In this document: positions 38,685 to 52,876 of the stretch, in pieces
Position numbering within the stretch: the stretch's first letter is position 1
Layout: each line of letters starts with the position of its first letter
Source: the human T2T-CHM13v2.0 reference genome, Homo sapiens
Length of the DNA: 64,000 nt
Assembly: GCF_009914755.1 (NCBI RefSeq)
Contig: NC_060931.1
Reading direction: 5' to 3' (one strand)
Position numbers and translations under genes: made by a program
The notes under the pieces: generated by a model
Told to the model about the DNA's origin: nothing
Database searches by the model: none
What the model saw: only the letters and a program-made list of their open reading frames with translations

Positions 38685-39054
38685 CCATGACCTTTTGCTG
38701 TGGCAGCTGTCAGACACTGCAGACAGCCTCATGGTCTGGAGGGAAATTCTCTGTGTGCAGTCAGGTCTTATGGATTGTAAGATTCCACATCACCCATTGG
38801 TGGACAAAGTGTCTCACATCAGTTGAAGGTACTGATAAAAGCATTGCTGTCTAGCTATGAGGACAGCCATTATATTTAATGGTTCATTTCATTTCTCTTG
38901 GAGAAGGACTAGATCCCAGGCAGGGCATTCTCCTATGAAGGGAGTCAGCAGTCTCCCTGAGATGGAGCAGCCCCTCTGGTGTAGACCAGGTGCATTTAGC
39001 CTGAAGACACATTGTACTTGGTAAGCTGCTTTTCAAGGATCTGTAAAAATGGGG

Positions 39055-39388
39055 GGCCGGGTGCAATGGCTCATGCCTGTAATCCTACCACTTTGGGAGG
39101 CCAAGGCAGGCAGATCACGAGGTCAAGAGATCGAGACCATCCTGGCCAACATGGTGAAACCCCATCTCTACTAAAAATACAAAACATTAGCTGGGCGTGG
39201 TGATGCACACCTGTAGTTCCAGCTACTTGGGAGGCTGAGGCAGGAGAATGGCTTGAACCCAGGAGGTGGAGGTTGCCGTGAGTGGAGATTGCAACACTGC
39301 ACTCCAGCCTGGGCAAGAGAGTGAGACTCCGTCTCAAAAACCAAAAAACAACAACAAAAAACAAAAACAAAACAAAGCAACAAAAACA
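39055..39388 (+). mobile_element. AluSc with an (A)nC-patterned tail
   Basis: GATCACGAGGTCAAGAGATCGAGACCATCCTGGCCAAC diagnostic. Confidence 0.97.
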
Positions 39389-39929
39389 GCTGAGAACTAA
39401 AAAATGAATCATGTCAAATATGAAAATATGAAAGGAAAGGACCAAATCAATACAAAAAATAATCCTAAAATCAAACTCATAAAAATGTGTTCAAATTTGG
39501 GGCAGAAAATGCATATGGGATGCATGTGTCTATCCACATTTTTACTATGATGTGGAGGGGGCCTCAGCAACTAAGACTGCTTAAGGTTTACTGAAGTTTT
39601 TTGATAGCCCATTTGCAGATTCCAGGTGGAGTAATATTTTATGAGATGTTCCTCTGCATGTGGTTCATATTGCTGTGACTTTGAAGTGTAGGTGCTTTAT
39701 CTAGGTCATCAGTGACAAACACCTAGGCTTGCAGAATTGCCTACTATGGGATTTTTAAAAGATTTTTCAAAAATCGATTTTGAAACTTTTTCCCAATGAT
39801 GGGAGGTATAAGTAGTTTTAAAAAGCCAATATGGAGATCAAATGACCCACAATGCCCATGTGGCACAGTTTTGGTTTACATATCAGTGCTTTGGTATCCA
39901 GACATCATGTTTCCAACACGAATTCTTGC

Positions 39930-40332
39930 AAGTCTTGAGTGCCTCCTTGCTCTTCCTTGGAATTGCAGATGCTCTCCTGCGTGTGGTCTTTCCCTTTGCA
40001 TTTATTTGTCCTGGATGTTCTTCACCGCTCCTCACCTCCATGTCTGCATGTTTCATTCATTCCTAAGCTAATTCAAATATTCACTAAAATGCCTTCTTAA
40101 TGAGGCCTTCCCTGGCCACACTACTCAAAATCAACTCCTCCTCCTAATGCTTTCTAACTATCCTCTTTCATTTTCAGTTTTTGTTTCTGGCTTTTTCTTA
40201 TCATCCTTCTTCCCACTTTCCACTAGAATATTCCCATCAGTAAGGCAGGAATTTCTGCCTTCTTTGTTCACTGTGGTCTCCCCAGCATCTAACATGGTAG
40301 ATGTTCAACAGATGGGTTGACTTAATGAATAA
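39930..40332 (+). mobile_element. L2 3' end
   Basis: TGAGGCCTTCCCTGGCCAC, CCACTAGAAT..AAGGCAGGAATTT..TTTGTTCACTG..TCCCCAGCATCTA. Confidence 0.8.
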
Positions 40333-40989
40333 AATCAAACTTTACTAGGAGGATATTATTTCTTTTTGATGGTGTAGTTCTACTTTTAGAGGAAATGAGG
40401 AAAATAGTGGAAAGGGGTAGCTTGGAGCACCCTGGTCTCCATACCATGTTAATATCTCCAGGTGCCATAGCTAATAGGGACTGGATGGAAATGAGAGGTG
40501 CAAGGATGGGGAGAAGACAAAATCACTCTACTTTGAGGAACACTGGGAGGGATGGTTCTTCTTTGAGTCATCTGTCAGTGTATCTTCCAGAGCAGGAAAT
40601 GCCCCTGGTGATGAATTCTTGCCAGCCCAGCAGGTTTTGATTTTGGAATGTGTTCATGTTCCTTGTAGGGGGAGAATGGGTAGGTAACTTCTCTATGTCC
40701 CTGCTTTGAGGCAGCTCCAAATTATGTCTTAGAAAATTTGACTCTTACAGGTGCTTTCTTGGGTTCAAGAAGATGTGACAAGGCATTCTCTTTAGAGGTG
40801 TGTTGACCCGTATCATCCCCAGCCTATGTAATCGGTTTGTTACAGCTCATGGCTCTATTTAACTGGCAGCATAAAATAACTGTTCTTGAGGGCTAACATG
40901 AAACTCATGGATTTTCAATGGCTATCAGCAGCTCAGTTGAGAGAAACAGCATTTAGAGAGGGCTGCCTTAATAAATCATTTCTCTAGAT

Positions 40990-41188
40990 TCATATTTCTC
41001 AACCTTGGCTGGGCATTAGATCACCTGGGCATTTGTAAACATATAGACATCTGGACTTTTGCTGGGCTTTTCGATGGAATTTTTACTGGGAATCTGATTC
41101 AGCAGGTCTAGAGCTATCCCAGGTATCAGCATTGTTAAACATCTCCATGGATGTCTTTGTTGAAGAGCCAGCTGTGAGAATTACTGCA
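40990..41188. mobile_element. MER5A-family MITE
   Basis: TTTCTCAACCTTGGCTG.GCATTAGATCACCTGGG..TCTGATTCAGCAGGTCT..TGAGAATTACTG. Confidence 0.75.
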
Positions 41189-41199
41189 AGACAGTCTAA

Positions 41200-41522
41200 A
41201 TATTGATCACAAATTAAAATGCCTAAGTGGGGGCCAGGCAGGTAATGTAAATGAGTTACGCAGATTAGTGAAGACTGGACAATTTACTGTCTATCCCCTG
41301 GCCCAAAGGGGCAGCCTGGTACTCGGTGCCAACTAATAGCAGCCATGTGAATCCGCTGTTGCCAGGTCTTACAATTGTTTAAGGAATGCTGAAGTATCTG
41401 GATTTTTATGTGCAATTGTCCAATTTTTATGTTTGCTTAATTTAAACTCCCCACTATTGTGGCCAAACAAAATATACTTCAGGCCAAATTCTAGCTCGAG
41501 GGGAGTCTGTTTGCAAACTCTG
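41200..41522. mobile_element. MER102-like hAT-Charlie element
   Basis: AATGCCT..GGGGCCAGGCAGGTAATGTAAATGAGT, TCTGGATTTTTATGTG, GGCCAAACAAAATA..GTTTGCAAACTCTG. Confidence 0.8.
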
Positions 41523-42127
41523 CAAAATCTTCTCTTGGTTAAAGGCAGTTTGCTAGAGAGCCATGTTCCTGGACTGCATGAACTGGCTCTCCACTTAGTA
41601 GTTTTTATAGAATGGTGGTGTATTCCCATATTAGGAGAAAGTACAAGAACAGCCCCACCAAGATGAATCACATTGTTCATTGTAGCACTGCTATAGGGGC
41701 ATTCCTTGTTACACTACTGTTTATCCTCTTTCTGATGACTCTGGGGGAAATGTGTTCCCAGCCTTAGCATGAGGACAAGCTGAGGCTCTCCTGAGTGGCT
41801 GCTTTGCACTGTTCTAAAGACACTCTGAATGATGTAACTGATCATACTCCTCTCTTTCGTTGGGTTTTATAATTCTTGGAGCCATGTTACATCTCCTGAT
41901 TTTAGCAAGAATATAAAATGATATGGTATGTATTTTTTCACACTGACTGAATTCGTTTTCACTTTGTAATATTACCTTGTTTATGCTTTATGTTTTCACT
42001 CTTACTTCTGTCTTATCTTGCTATGTTTCCAGGATTTAATTAGATATCTTAATTTATTTTTGAGTGGATGTAGAACAGGTGAAAAAATAATAAATATTGA
42101 AGAAAATTTCTGCTTCCCCCCTCCCCC

Positions 42128-42427
42128 TTTTTTAGAGACATAGTCTTGCTCTGTCACCTAAGTTGAAGTGCAGTGGTGCAATCACAGCTCATTGCAGCCT
42201 TGAACTCCTGGGCCCAAGCAATCCTCCTACCTCAGTCTCCTGAGTAGCTGGAACTACAGGTGTGCACCACCACACCCAGCTAATTTTATTTTTTACTTTT
42301 TTGTGTAAACGTAGTAGGGGTCTCACTTTGTTGCCCAGGCTGGTTTCGAACACCTGGGCTTAAGCCATCCTACTGCCTTGGTGTCACAAAGTGCTGGAGT
42401 TACAGATGTGAGCCACCACACCCAGCC
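42128..42427 (-). mobile_element. AluJ (Jo/Jr-like)
   Basis: ATCACAGCTCATTGCAGCCTTGAACTCCTGGG..AAGCAATCCTCC AluJ diagnostics. Confidence 0.95.
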
Positions 42428-42689
42428 TGTTTTGTTTTAACAGAATGAAAATATCATTTGAGGTTTTTGAGAGGAGACAGTCAGGAAATAATACCTCAGT
42501 GTCCAGCAGAGCTTAAAGCATTCTATATTATGCCCAGAGTGAAAGCAAAGTATCTGCAATATTTATGCATTTTCACACTTATCTACATTAATTAGAGTCT
42601 GTAGGATTAATCTGGATTTAGCATGACATGGGGACTTCAAAGCCTATTTATAATTAAGTTCTAAAAATCATCATTACATTTTTAATGTC

Positions 42690-43400
42690 TCAAAAGGAAT
42701 GCATATTTAAATTTTTGAAGGATACTACAAAATTGTCCTTGATGATTTGCGTCTCCAACTTTCTCCATCTCCACAAGAAAGCTGGACATTAGCTTCAGCC
42801 TTGTCTTCGCCAGCACTGAATAGCATCAACCTATAAAACATTTCCACAATGTTTTAGGTGATAAGTTGCTTTCATTTGTTGGTGAACTTGAACATTTTTT
42901 CCATACATTTTTTGGCCATTTTTATTTCATCTTCTTAAATTTTTTTTCAAATATTTTCCAGTGTTTTGATTTTTTTTTACTAGGTTGTATGTGGCTCTTT
43001 TATCCTGTAAAACTAAATATGTAATTAGTAATAGGTAATTGGTACCATGTTGTAAATATTTCTATCTCTTGGACACTGGTATTTTAATTTTACAATAACA
43101 AAAGATACCATAAAGTTTTGTTTTCATGTTGTCAAATCTAACATTGCTTTAATTCTGAGTATTTTGCTCTGGAAAATCATCCCGAATGAAATAGTGGTAA
43201 AATATGATAAACTATAATAAAATAGTTTAAAATTTTATATGCAAATGCAAAATTACATGTTTCTGTTTAGTTTTTAAGTCCATTTGGAATTTATTGTTGT
43301 AAGTCATTGTGGGTTAGGGATTTTATTTTCAGTTTGATAATCATTTGTCCTAACATTATTTGTTGTTCAAACAGCTCCTAATTTTTCTGCCATTTATATT
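42690..43400 (-). mobile_element. Very old L1ME fragment
   Basis: TTGAACATTTTTCCATA..TTGGCCATTTTTATTTC.TCTT and TCCATTTGGAATTTATT. Confidence 0.6.
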
Positions 43401-44358
43401 TTAAGTTTATTTATCATTTTTAAAAATCACCAATATATTCATTGATTTGTTGAATAAAATCAATAATACAAATCAAAGACAGCCCAAAATATTGAAACTT
43501 TTTAAAGTAATGATTTGTTTTGACAGTAGAAGGGAATTGCATTCAGGTTATTTTGCTTTTGGCAACCAAATTTTATAAGTACTGTGATGCATATTTGAAT
43601 TACCCAATACATTTTGATAATCATTGTTACTTACAGATAATGTGGTTTGGATTAAAACAATAAATGAAGAAAATCAATTTTGGTGATGCTTTGTTTAAAG
43701 AAATATTGTAATTGAAAAATCATTTTTATTTAAAAGGGGGGCATGTTTGGAAAATTATCTGAAATGTCTTATGAAGATTTTATTATATGCCAATTGATAT
43801 ATTTGTATAATTCTATGAAATTATGTATCACTATATTCCCTAGAACATGCTTCCTATGTGGTTCTATTTTTTAAACTTCAGTTATATATTGGTGGTCTTA
43901 ATAACCACTTTGTCTTATTTTTTGAAACTTCCACAGTATTTTACAAATCAACTTGCTTCATCAGTGTCAGGAACATGGTCAAAGTCATCGAGCATTTGCA
44001 AAAAAGAAGGCTTAGTGAGGTTAATGTAGAAGTAGAGAAACTGAAAGCTCTGAGATATCTTAGGAGTGAAGAAGCATGACACCTTTGTTTTGGAGATGGT
44101 GGGTTGAGGTCTTGAGTTTAAATAAATATAAAGGTCTATATTTAACACATGTATTAAAAAAATATATAGCTTCAGTTCATTCATTTTAACTTCTGTGTAG
44201 ATTCTTGCATATGAATATGGTATTATTATTTATCCATTTCCCTCAGGCTGTTCGTAATTTTTACTATTACAAAAATGCTAGACCTCCTTGTACCTATCTC
44301 CTTGAATAATTATATGGAATAATATAATTGAATAATTATATGGAATAATCTTCTAACA

Positions 44359-44681
44359 CAGTGGTCCCCAACATTTTTGGCAACAGGGACTGGTTTTGTG
44401 GAAGATAGTTTTTCCATGGACTCTAGGGGGATGGTTTCAGGATGACACTGTTCCATTTCAGATCATCAGGTATTAAATCCTCATAAGGCGTGTGCAACCT
44501 AGATCGCTTGTATGCACAGTTCTCGATAGGGTTCAAGCTCCTGTGAGAATCTAATGCCGCTGCTGATCTGACAGGAGGCAGAGCTCAGGGCCTTGTTTGA
44601 TGCTTACCTCCTGCTGTGCGGCCGGTTCTTAACAGGCCATAGACTGGTACTGGTCCATGGCCTGAAGGTTGAGGACTCCTG
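44359..44681. mobile_element. MER1B hAT-Charlie MITE
   Basis: CAGTGGTCCCCAAC.TTTTTGGCA.CAGGGACTGGTTT, GAGAATCTAATGCCGCTGCTGATCTGACAGGAGGC, GGTTGAGGACTCCTG; TSD TTCTAACA/CTCTAATG. Confidence 0.95.
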
Positions 44682-44984
44682 CTCTAATGCCTATGGCTAG
44701 AAGTATGCAATGTTGGGTGTTAAGGAATATGCATTTTCACCTGAATGCATATCACTAGATCGCTCTTCTAAGCAGTAGTTATGACACTCAAGCAATGAAT
44801 AACAACTCATTTCTCTAATATTTGATATTTTCACAGTTTTTATTTGTGTCAAACTTGTGTGTTAAGAAGTATATCACTGTTGTTTTAATGTGTTTGTCCT
44901 TAGTTGCAAGTAAAGTTACATATGTTTACTGACCATTTGGTGTTCTTCCACTGATAAACAACTGTTCATATTATTTGCTTATTT

Positions 44985-45295
44985 TTCAACTTTATTGAGG
45001 TATAATTCGCATACAATAAACTGCATGCATTTTAAAGTGTAAAATTTAGTAAGTATTGGCATATGTACATATCTATAAAACAATCACCAGCCATCAAATT
45101 AACATAATGAACATACCCATCACCCAATATGTATGTATGATCTATCACCCACAGACATACTGTATGATTAAATTTATATAAAATTCTAGAAAATGCAAAC
45201 AAATACTTAATGACATGAAGCATATCAGTGGTTGCTTGGGAATGGCAGGGTTTGCAGGAAGACTGAGAGGAAAGGAGGAGATGACAAAGGGGGGA
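44985..45295 (-). mobile_element. L1MC/MD-like 3' end with a 5' inversion
   Basis: 44985-45128 is the antisense extreme 3' end (CTTTATTGAGGTATAATT...AACATACCCATCACCC). 45150-45295 is the segment just upstream of it, in sense orientation (ATACTGTATGATT..TATATAAAATTCTAGAAAATGCAAAC..ATCAGTGGTTGC..ACAAAGGGG). Confidence 0.75.
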
Positions 45296-45467
45296 CCAGC
45301 TCCTTCTTCTTCCGTGTAAATTTTAGAATGTTATTCAAATCTCACAAAACTATATTTTTGGAATTTTGATTGGAATTGCTTTGAGTTCATATATGAATTT
45401 GGAGAGACTAACATTCATGCAACATTGATTTTCTCCATCCGTGAATGTTTTTTCCTTTCATTAATTT

Positions 45468-45612
45468 ATTTTTATTATTTATTTTTATTTTTGTAGAGAC
45501 AGAAGTCTTGCTATGTTGTTCAGTCTAGCCTCAAACTCCTGGCCTCAAGTGATCATCCTGACTCAGCCTCTCAAAACACTGGGATTACAGGCATGAGCCA
45601 CAACACTCAACC
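45468..45612 (-). mobile_element. FLAM_C-like Alu monomer
   Basis: GTAGAGACAG.AGTCTTGCTATGTTG..CTCCTGGCCTCAAGTGATC..GGGATTACAGGCATGAGCCAC; TSD-like TCATTAATTTAT / TCATTATTTTAT. Confidence 0.9.
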
Positions 45613-46468
45613 TCATTATTTTATATTTTCCACTAATGTCTTGAATATAATTCTAAAAAAGTTTCCTAGGTATGCTCAAAGTTTTGTTTCTATTGTGAAT
45701 GGGGTTCATTTTTCTCTTCCACATTTTAACTGGTTATTTCTGATGTATGAAAATGCTATAGACATGCGATTTGGCTATTAAAACTGGAAACCTTAAAAAG
45801 CAGCTGAATTTTAATAGGTTTTTTTTAATACATTCTTAATCTTCCTATGGAGACAATCATGTTGTCTGCAAATAATGACAGTTTTGTGTCTTCCTGTCAA
45901 ATCCCATACCTCTAATGTCTGTTTTTTTCCATCACATTGGCTAATAATTCTTGCACTGTGTTGAATAGTACGTTTTCCTTAATTTGGAGAGAAGGCGCCT
46001 GTAGTTTCACCAAGATCATAAATAATACTAGGCCAGACTCAGTTCAAATTTGTTTTCAATTTTAGTTTCCTATAAAACCATAAAGCAAGCTCGCTAAGAA
46101 GATAAGTAACCCCATTAAGCCCATGCAGATTCCCAATGACTCCTTTACTACTCAGAGATCTGTGCCTACGCTGGTGGTTAATTCAGCTATGCGAAGTGAG
46201 AAGTCCACATGTCAGTGGACCTCAGAATCATTAGTTCGGTGCCTTATTTACAGTAAGGATGAAAGAGGGGTCACATTAGGCCCAAGCTCTATCTCTTGTC
46301 AGGTAAGAAATTTTTCCTTTCAAGTACTCTGTTTCATTCTTGAGCATTTTATTTCTACTGTTTCACCAGGGCTGCAGTGCCTTTGGTCATGGACTGCCAC
46401 ATTAGGTTAGAAATTTTATTTTATTCATAGTTGGCTAATTTTAAAAAATAACTTAGTGTTTTTATTAA

Positions 46469-47175
<707 letters not shown>

Positions 47176-48827
47176 TAATTTTAAGGTATTTTGGAAAGAA
47201 AGAGAAAGAGGAGAAAGAGGGAGGGAGAGAGGAAGAAGAGATAGAGGTTTGACCACTCTGACTACATAATCTCCATGTCATTTACTGTGATGATACTTGA
47301 CTTTGAGCATTTATAATCTTTCAATAAATATATACATGTCTTCTTGTAACATACTTACAAGGCAGGTACTATTAATTTAGCTATTTAAAAATGAAACTTT
47401 AAAAACTAAGATTTAATTAAAGTTGTGAAATAATTTTCCAAAATCATTACAAATAGAAAATTTTGAAGCCAAGATGCCAATTTTGTTTTAAACTCCATGT
47501 ATATAATACATTACCTGTAAAATATAATATATACATTTATAGTGACCTATCTAATACCATATATGACCAGATATATAAAACATGTGGTCAGCATATCATA
47601 ATACCCATCATATTCTATATTCTGAATGACTAAATTAATCAAGACATAAGAAGGTTTCCCTCCCCTCTGCAGGCAACATTAAATTTCTTGAGTCCAGGCT
47701 AATTAAAGATAAAACTATGTTATAGGTAATATCCAAAGAAACATTAAGAAAACTCCAAACCTTACAAAATATTTTAGTGCGAGTAAGGCAGAATCTCATC
47801 TGAGTCCTCACTGGGGCACAGTGCGTCATTCTGGATTAGAATTAGGAAAACTTAAAATGACACAAAAGTCCATAATTCAGTGTTTTACTTATGTACTTTT
47901 CCTAATTTTCTTTTCCTCCTCTTATTCTACCTCTCAGGAGAAGGTTTACAAGAAAACTTTTACTTTGGGGGAAAATGAACCCCTTTTCCTGGCACTATTG
48001 CTATCAGTAGGATTCTGACCTTCGGAGATCATAATGCCCATTGCATCCTCACCCAGTATCTGCCCTCCTCTCCTGCCTCCTTTCAGCATCCCAGTGGCCA
48101 TGTGGGGCTGAGATGATCTGGAGGCTGCTGAGAAGCTCCTCCAGAAGCCTCTGGAGCCCAGATCAAGCACACCATATAGAGCACCCCGAGAAACCACAAA
48201 GTTAGCTTTGGTGTCCTTTTGCTCCCATAGCCTTCTCTGATGCAAAGTCAAAGGCTGTTCAAATCACCGAGGGCTTCTGTAGTATGATACTCCATTTTTA
48301 ATCACTTTTGCCCACGGAGAGCAGCCTGATCTTCCAGAACTTCCAGACTTTCTGGTCCGCCTATAACTTCTTTCTACCCTCATCCTACTGTCCAGCTCTG
48401 ATGAACAAGTTTGGGGGCAGAAGGAGAGTTGTTTGGTTCAGGCCAGCACTGTGACCTAATAAAATGGACTGGAAAAGCACATCAAGGGAAATCCTGCTCT
48501 TTTCTGATCTCTCACTCTATGCCAGGTTCTGCCCAGATGCCCCTTTCGGGGAAGAAGGGCTGACTTGGACAAATGTCTCAGTAACCACAGTCAGCAATTT
48601 GGATAGAAGGAGCTATTACAATGGCAGGCATTGCTACCCGATGTAGGAGTAGATTCAGAAACCCAAGAGGACAAGCCAAGGCAGAGTCCATCAAGGAAAA
48701 GAGCACGTTCTGATGGAGGAAGAAGAACTAAAAACGTTATGTCTAAAGGGCCAAATGGGTGGGCACCATGGTGCCTGAAGCAGCATAGGCCCAGGCTGGG
48801 GTGAGTGTCAGGGTTCACAGATCCTTC

Positions 48828-49460
48828 ACAGTAATCCTGTGAGGTAGGCATTTAGCCTCATTTTACAGATGAGGGACCAGTAGCTCAGAGTAGTTCAAGG
48901 TACTTCACCCTGTATTTCTCCAGGCCAGACATTCCTCTAGTCTTCAGACTTAATATAGACATCTCCACTTGGAAATTCCATGTGAATAATAAATGCAATA
49001 TATTGCAATGTATAAAAATGGTGCATGTCCTCCCACAAGCCTGCTCCTTTTCTAGTCATTCTGGAGCATTCCTTCTTTCTCCACGAGCACCTATAATCAG
49101 ACATCAAGTTCTGTGACTTAACCATTTACATATTTTTTTGAAGCTGCCCTCTCTTCTAGCATTGCTTTCATGGACCTTGTTGAAAACTTCATCTCTCACC
49201 TGCCAATTTCAGCAGCTTCCTCATGAGTGCTCCTGATTTGAGCACTTCCTCCCTACAACTGCCAGAGTTATCCATCTAAAATATAGGTGGGAACAAGTGA
49301 GTCTCCTTCTTAAAACACCTCTGTCTTCATCTGGGCCACTCAATCTAATTGTTTAAGGCTGGGGCGAAACCTCTGTTCTTTCAGGAAATTTCCCTGGCCC
49401 CTTCATGATTGTTAGCCTGTCTCTTTCTCTGCATTCTCATATTACCCAGGGTGTATTGCT
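48828..49460. mobile_element. MIR fragment (minus, ~48828-48905) followed by an L2 fragment (plus)
   Basis: CCTGTGAGGTAGG..CCTCATTTTACAGATGAGG, then AGACATCTCCACTTGGA and ACTGCCAGAGTTATC..CTAAAAT. Confidence 0.65.
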
Positions 49461-50899
49461 GTCATAGGCAATGGGGATCCTGAGTGAAAATATTGAAGTA
49501 AAAGGGAAGGGATGATTATACTGATGATTCAGATGAATGGCAAGCCCCCAAAATTTTTTAATGTGGGGAAAAAAAGGAAAAATAATTTCAGAAGAACAGA
49601 CTGAGTTTGGAAAGGCTAAACTTTAAATCTAAGATGAAAAGAGAACTAAAAACTTCTGGGAAACCGAAAATGGCATAGTGGAATTAAAATTAGCATTGGA
49701 AGCAATGTAGAAGAGAATGGACATTGTGAAAAGGAAACGACAACTGTTGAGGATAAACTGGAGTTCCCTCGGGTTATAGAAAAAAAGAGAGAGGATTATT
49801 GATTTAGGGATTTTTTGTTTGTTTGTCATCCACAGCACATGAATAGAAACAATTCTTTAAGAAACTAGAAAAAAGAGAAAGATGTATTAAATAAATATAT
49901 GCATAATGGAAGAAAATTTCCTGTGCTGAATAAAGAGCTACATATGTAGATTTCAAATACTTTTTATAAGACAAAGCTGATAAAAAGAGACTTGCATTTA
50001 GAGAAGTCTTGGCAAAAATGCTTCAAATATAAAGAAAAATAAGGAAAGTAGGTTTTTTTGTTTTGTTTTGTTTGTTTTTCTTTTGAGAACAGTAGTTAGG
50101 CAGCTTTCAGACTTATTTGTAACTCTGATGCCAGAACATATGGAAAAGACCACAGCGTATTTGAGGAGAGTTTGTGCCCCCAAATCGTATATTCGATACA
50201 AACCTTGTAATGTTTGAAGGCAACAAGATTAACAGTTTTGGGAAGTGCAAAATACATGTATGAATAAAGAAACAAACAAGATAAGACATAGGAGCAATCT
50301 CAGTATAATTGAGATGCAAATTAATATTAAGAATTAAGAATTTAAAATGTATGTGTATGAATCATATATGAATAATATGTCAGATAATAAGCACTGAAAT
50401 CTGTTAAACATAAATGCTTAAATATTTATTTTAAATAGACTTAAAAACTAGATACCAATTGATTTTTGATAAATGAATATCATATGATCAAAACAATACT
50501 AGAAACAATAATAATTCTGTTCCTAAAAATCTCAGATTATGTCAACAAAAACCAAGAAGTGAGTGAATAAAGAGTAAAGGCATAATAAATTTATCCATCT
50601 TACTAAGGGGATATGAAAATATGCATTAGATTTTTACTTGGCCAATCAGATAAATATTATTCCAAATTCAATTTTGAAAATATTATTACTACTACCATCA
50701 AATAATAGAATCTATATCTACCTAAAAATCACAAATAAAACCTAATAGAGTAAATATAAGTCTCTATAAATAATAAAAGAGTTAATATTACTTATAAAGA
50801 GACTAAAATGTGTTTTAAAAAAAGACAAAATTCAAGCACAAGCATTCTAGCAGCAAACCTAATTTGTTTAAATGCCACAATTAAGAAAACAAATTGTGT

Positions 50900-51706
50900 A
50901 ACCTGCACAGGTCTCCAAATCAGAATCAGCATCCTGATAAGAAATGAGTGGGACCTGGAGACCCAGGATGGAATGACTTGAGTGGATGAGCCTGAGAATC
51001 TTGAATCTCAAACTTCCCCTTGGGCCCCTCTGGCTGGCAGATGTAACCTCCCTCCCCTTGCTGGAAGGGAGCACGTTTATCCTGCAGACCTCAACTGAGG
51101 CCAAGGTTCCACAAAAGGATGTCCTGTTCCTCGAGGAGACCAGCTAGACTCTTAGTGGCAGGTTGATTCTATTAAATCCCTCTATCTGGGATGCAGGTGT
51201 GACTTCTATACCATATATGAGTAGTCCCCCTTGACTCTGCCATCACTGCAATCCAGTGGCTTACAGAATACCAAGTATCTCACCATGGAATCTTATATAA
51301 TGCTCTGGACCAAGAGACTGATTTCATTATCCTGTAGTTGCAAAAATGGATACGTGACCATAAGGATCCACTTGTTTTATCTCATTGCACAGAATCAACA
51401 AGATTTACAGAAAGTTGGAGTAACCTCTTAAACACTCAGCTAAGGGTCTGCTTTGAGGACCCTGCAGATTGGACACTGTCCTCTAGGTTGTAGTACATGC
51501 AGTAAACCAATGGCTGATCTAAGGTGCTATAATCCTATTAGAACACAGGAGCTCAGGAACCTAGAGGTGGAAGTGGGATTGGCTCCCCAACTTGCAGGAT
51601 ATTATATTGCTAGATTAGATATTCTGGATGCCCAGGTTGGGGTTGGGGTGGATGCTTCCACCAGGAGACAAAGTATGATGTTCCTTTGAACTTGAAGCTC
51701 TGACTA
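50900..51706 (+). mobile_element. Degraded ERVL (class III) internal sequence with gag-, integrase- and dUTPase-like remnants
   Basis: GAGTGGGACCTGGAGACC..GGATGG..GTGGATG..TGAGAATCTTGAA (gag-like), CACCATGGAATC..TCTGGACCAAG (integrase-like), ATGCTTCCACCAGGAGACA..TTGAACTTGAAGCT (dUTPase-like). No intact frame. Confidence 0.65.
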
Positions 51707-52876
51707 CCACGTGCCCCTGACAACAGGGATAGGTTCTGAGAAACATGTCACTAGGCAATTTTGTCATTGTGCGTCATAGAGTGCACTCACACAAACCTAA
51801 GTGGTAGAACTTACCACACACCTAGGCTACATGGTATAATCTATGGCTCCTAGACTTTAAACCTGCACAGCATGTTGCTGTACTGAATACTATAGGCAAT
51901 TGTAACACAGTAGTATTTATTTATCTAAACATATCTAAACATAGAAAAGGTATAATAAAATAGGTTATAAAAGATAAAAAATTGTATTCCTATATAGGGC
52001 ACTTGCCATGAATGGAGCTTACAGGACTGGAAGCTTCTCTGGGTGAGTCAGTGAGTGAGTGGTGAGTGAACATGAATGCTGAGAGCATTACCATATGCTA
52101 CTGTACACTTCTTAAACAAGATGCTCTTAGGTTACATTAAATAAATTTTAAAAATGATTTTTCTTAAATAGTAGATTAGCTTACTATAATATTTTTACTT
52201 TTTAAACTTTTTGTCTCTTTTGTAATAATGCTTAGCTTAAAACACACATTGTATAGCTGAACAAAAATATTTTCTTTCTTTATAGCCTTATTCTATATAA
52301 TTTATTTTCTATTTTTAAATTTTTTTATTTTTATCTTTTAAACTTTTTTGTTAAAACCTAAGATACAAACACACACATTAGCCTAGGTCCACACAGGGCC
52401 AGGATCCCCAGTATGACTGTCTTCCACTCCCACCCCTTTTCCCACTGGAAGATCTTCGGGGCACTAACTCACATGGAACTGTCATCTGCTATGATAATAA
52501 TGCCTTCTTCTGGATACTTCCTGAAAGAAATGCCTGAGGCTGATTTACTGTTTTTTTTTTTTTTTGCCTCATGAGCAGAAAGAGTACACTCTAAAATAGC
52601 AATAAAAAGTACAGTATAACAAATACACAAAGCAGTAACATAGTTATCATCCTTATCAAGTATTATGTACAGTATGCAACTGGATGTGCTATTCTTTTAT
52701 ATGACTGGTGGCACAATAGGTTTGCTGACATCAGCATCACCACAAACACATGAGTAATGCGTTGTGCTATGATGTTATGACGGGCTATGACGTCACTAGG
52801 TGATAAGAATGTTTCAACTCCATTATAATCTTACGTGGCCACTGTCATATATGCAATCCATCACTGACCAAACTGT
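51707..52876. mobile_element. Tigger3 (Tigger3b-like) DNA transposon
   Basis: GGGATAGGTTCTGAGAAA, CACACACCTAGGCTA, GCATGTT.CTGTACTGAATACT.TAGGCAATTGTAACAC, CAGCATCACCACAAACAC, CCATTATAATCTTA; about 1.17 kb. Confidence 0.93.

Larger units (their letters stand above)
44220..46010 (-). mobile_element. Old L1 antisense fragments hosting MER1B, an inverted L1 3' end and a FLAM
   Basis: TATGTTTACTGACCATTTG, GGAATTTTGATTGGAATTGC, ACAATCATGTTGTCTGCAAATAATGACAGTTT. Confidence 0.7.

Noticed and set aside
38968-38982. CTCF-like motif
   Set aside because: It has two mismatches at high-information core positions.
43637-44079. Possible coding exons (DNVVWIKTINEENQF; RNMVKVIEHLQKRR..)
   Set aside because: Donors are weak, no frame is favoured and I recognise no protein; there is not enough to support a call.
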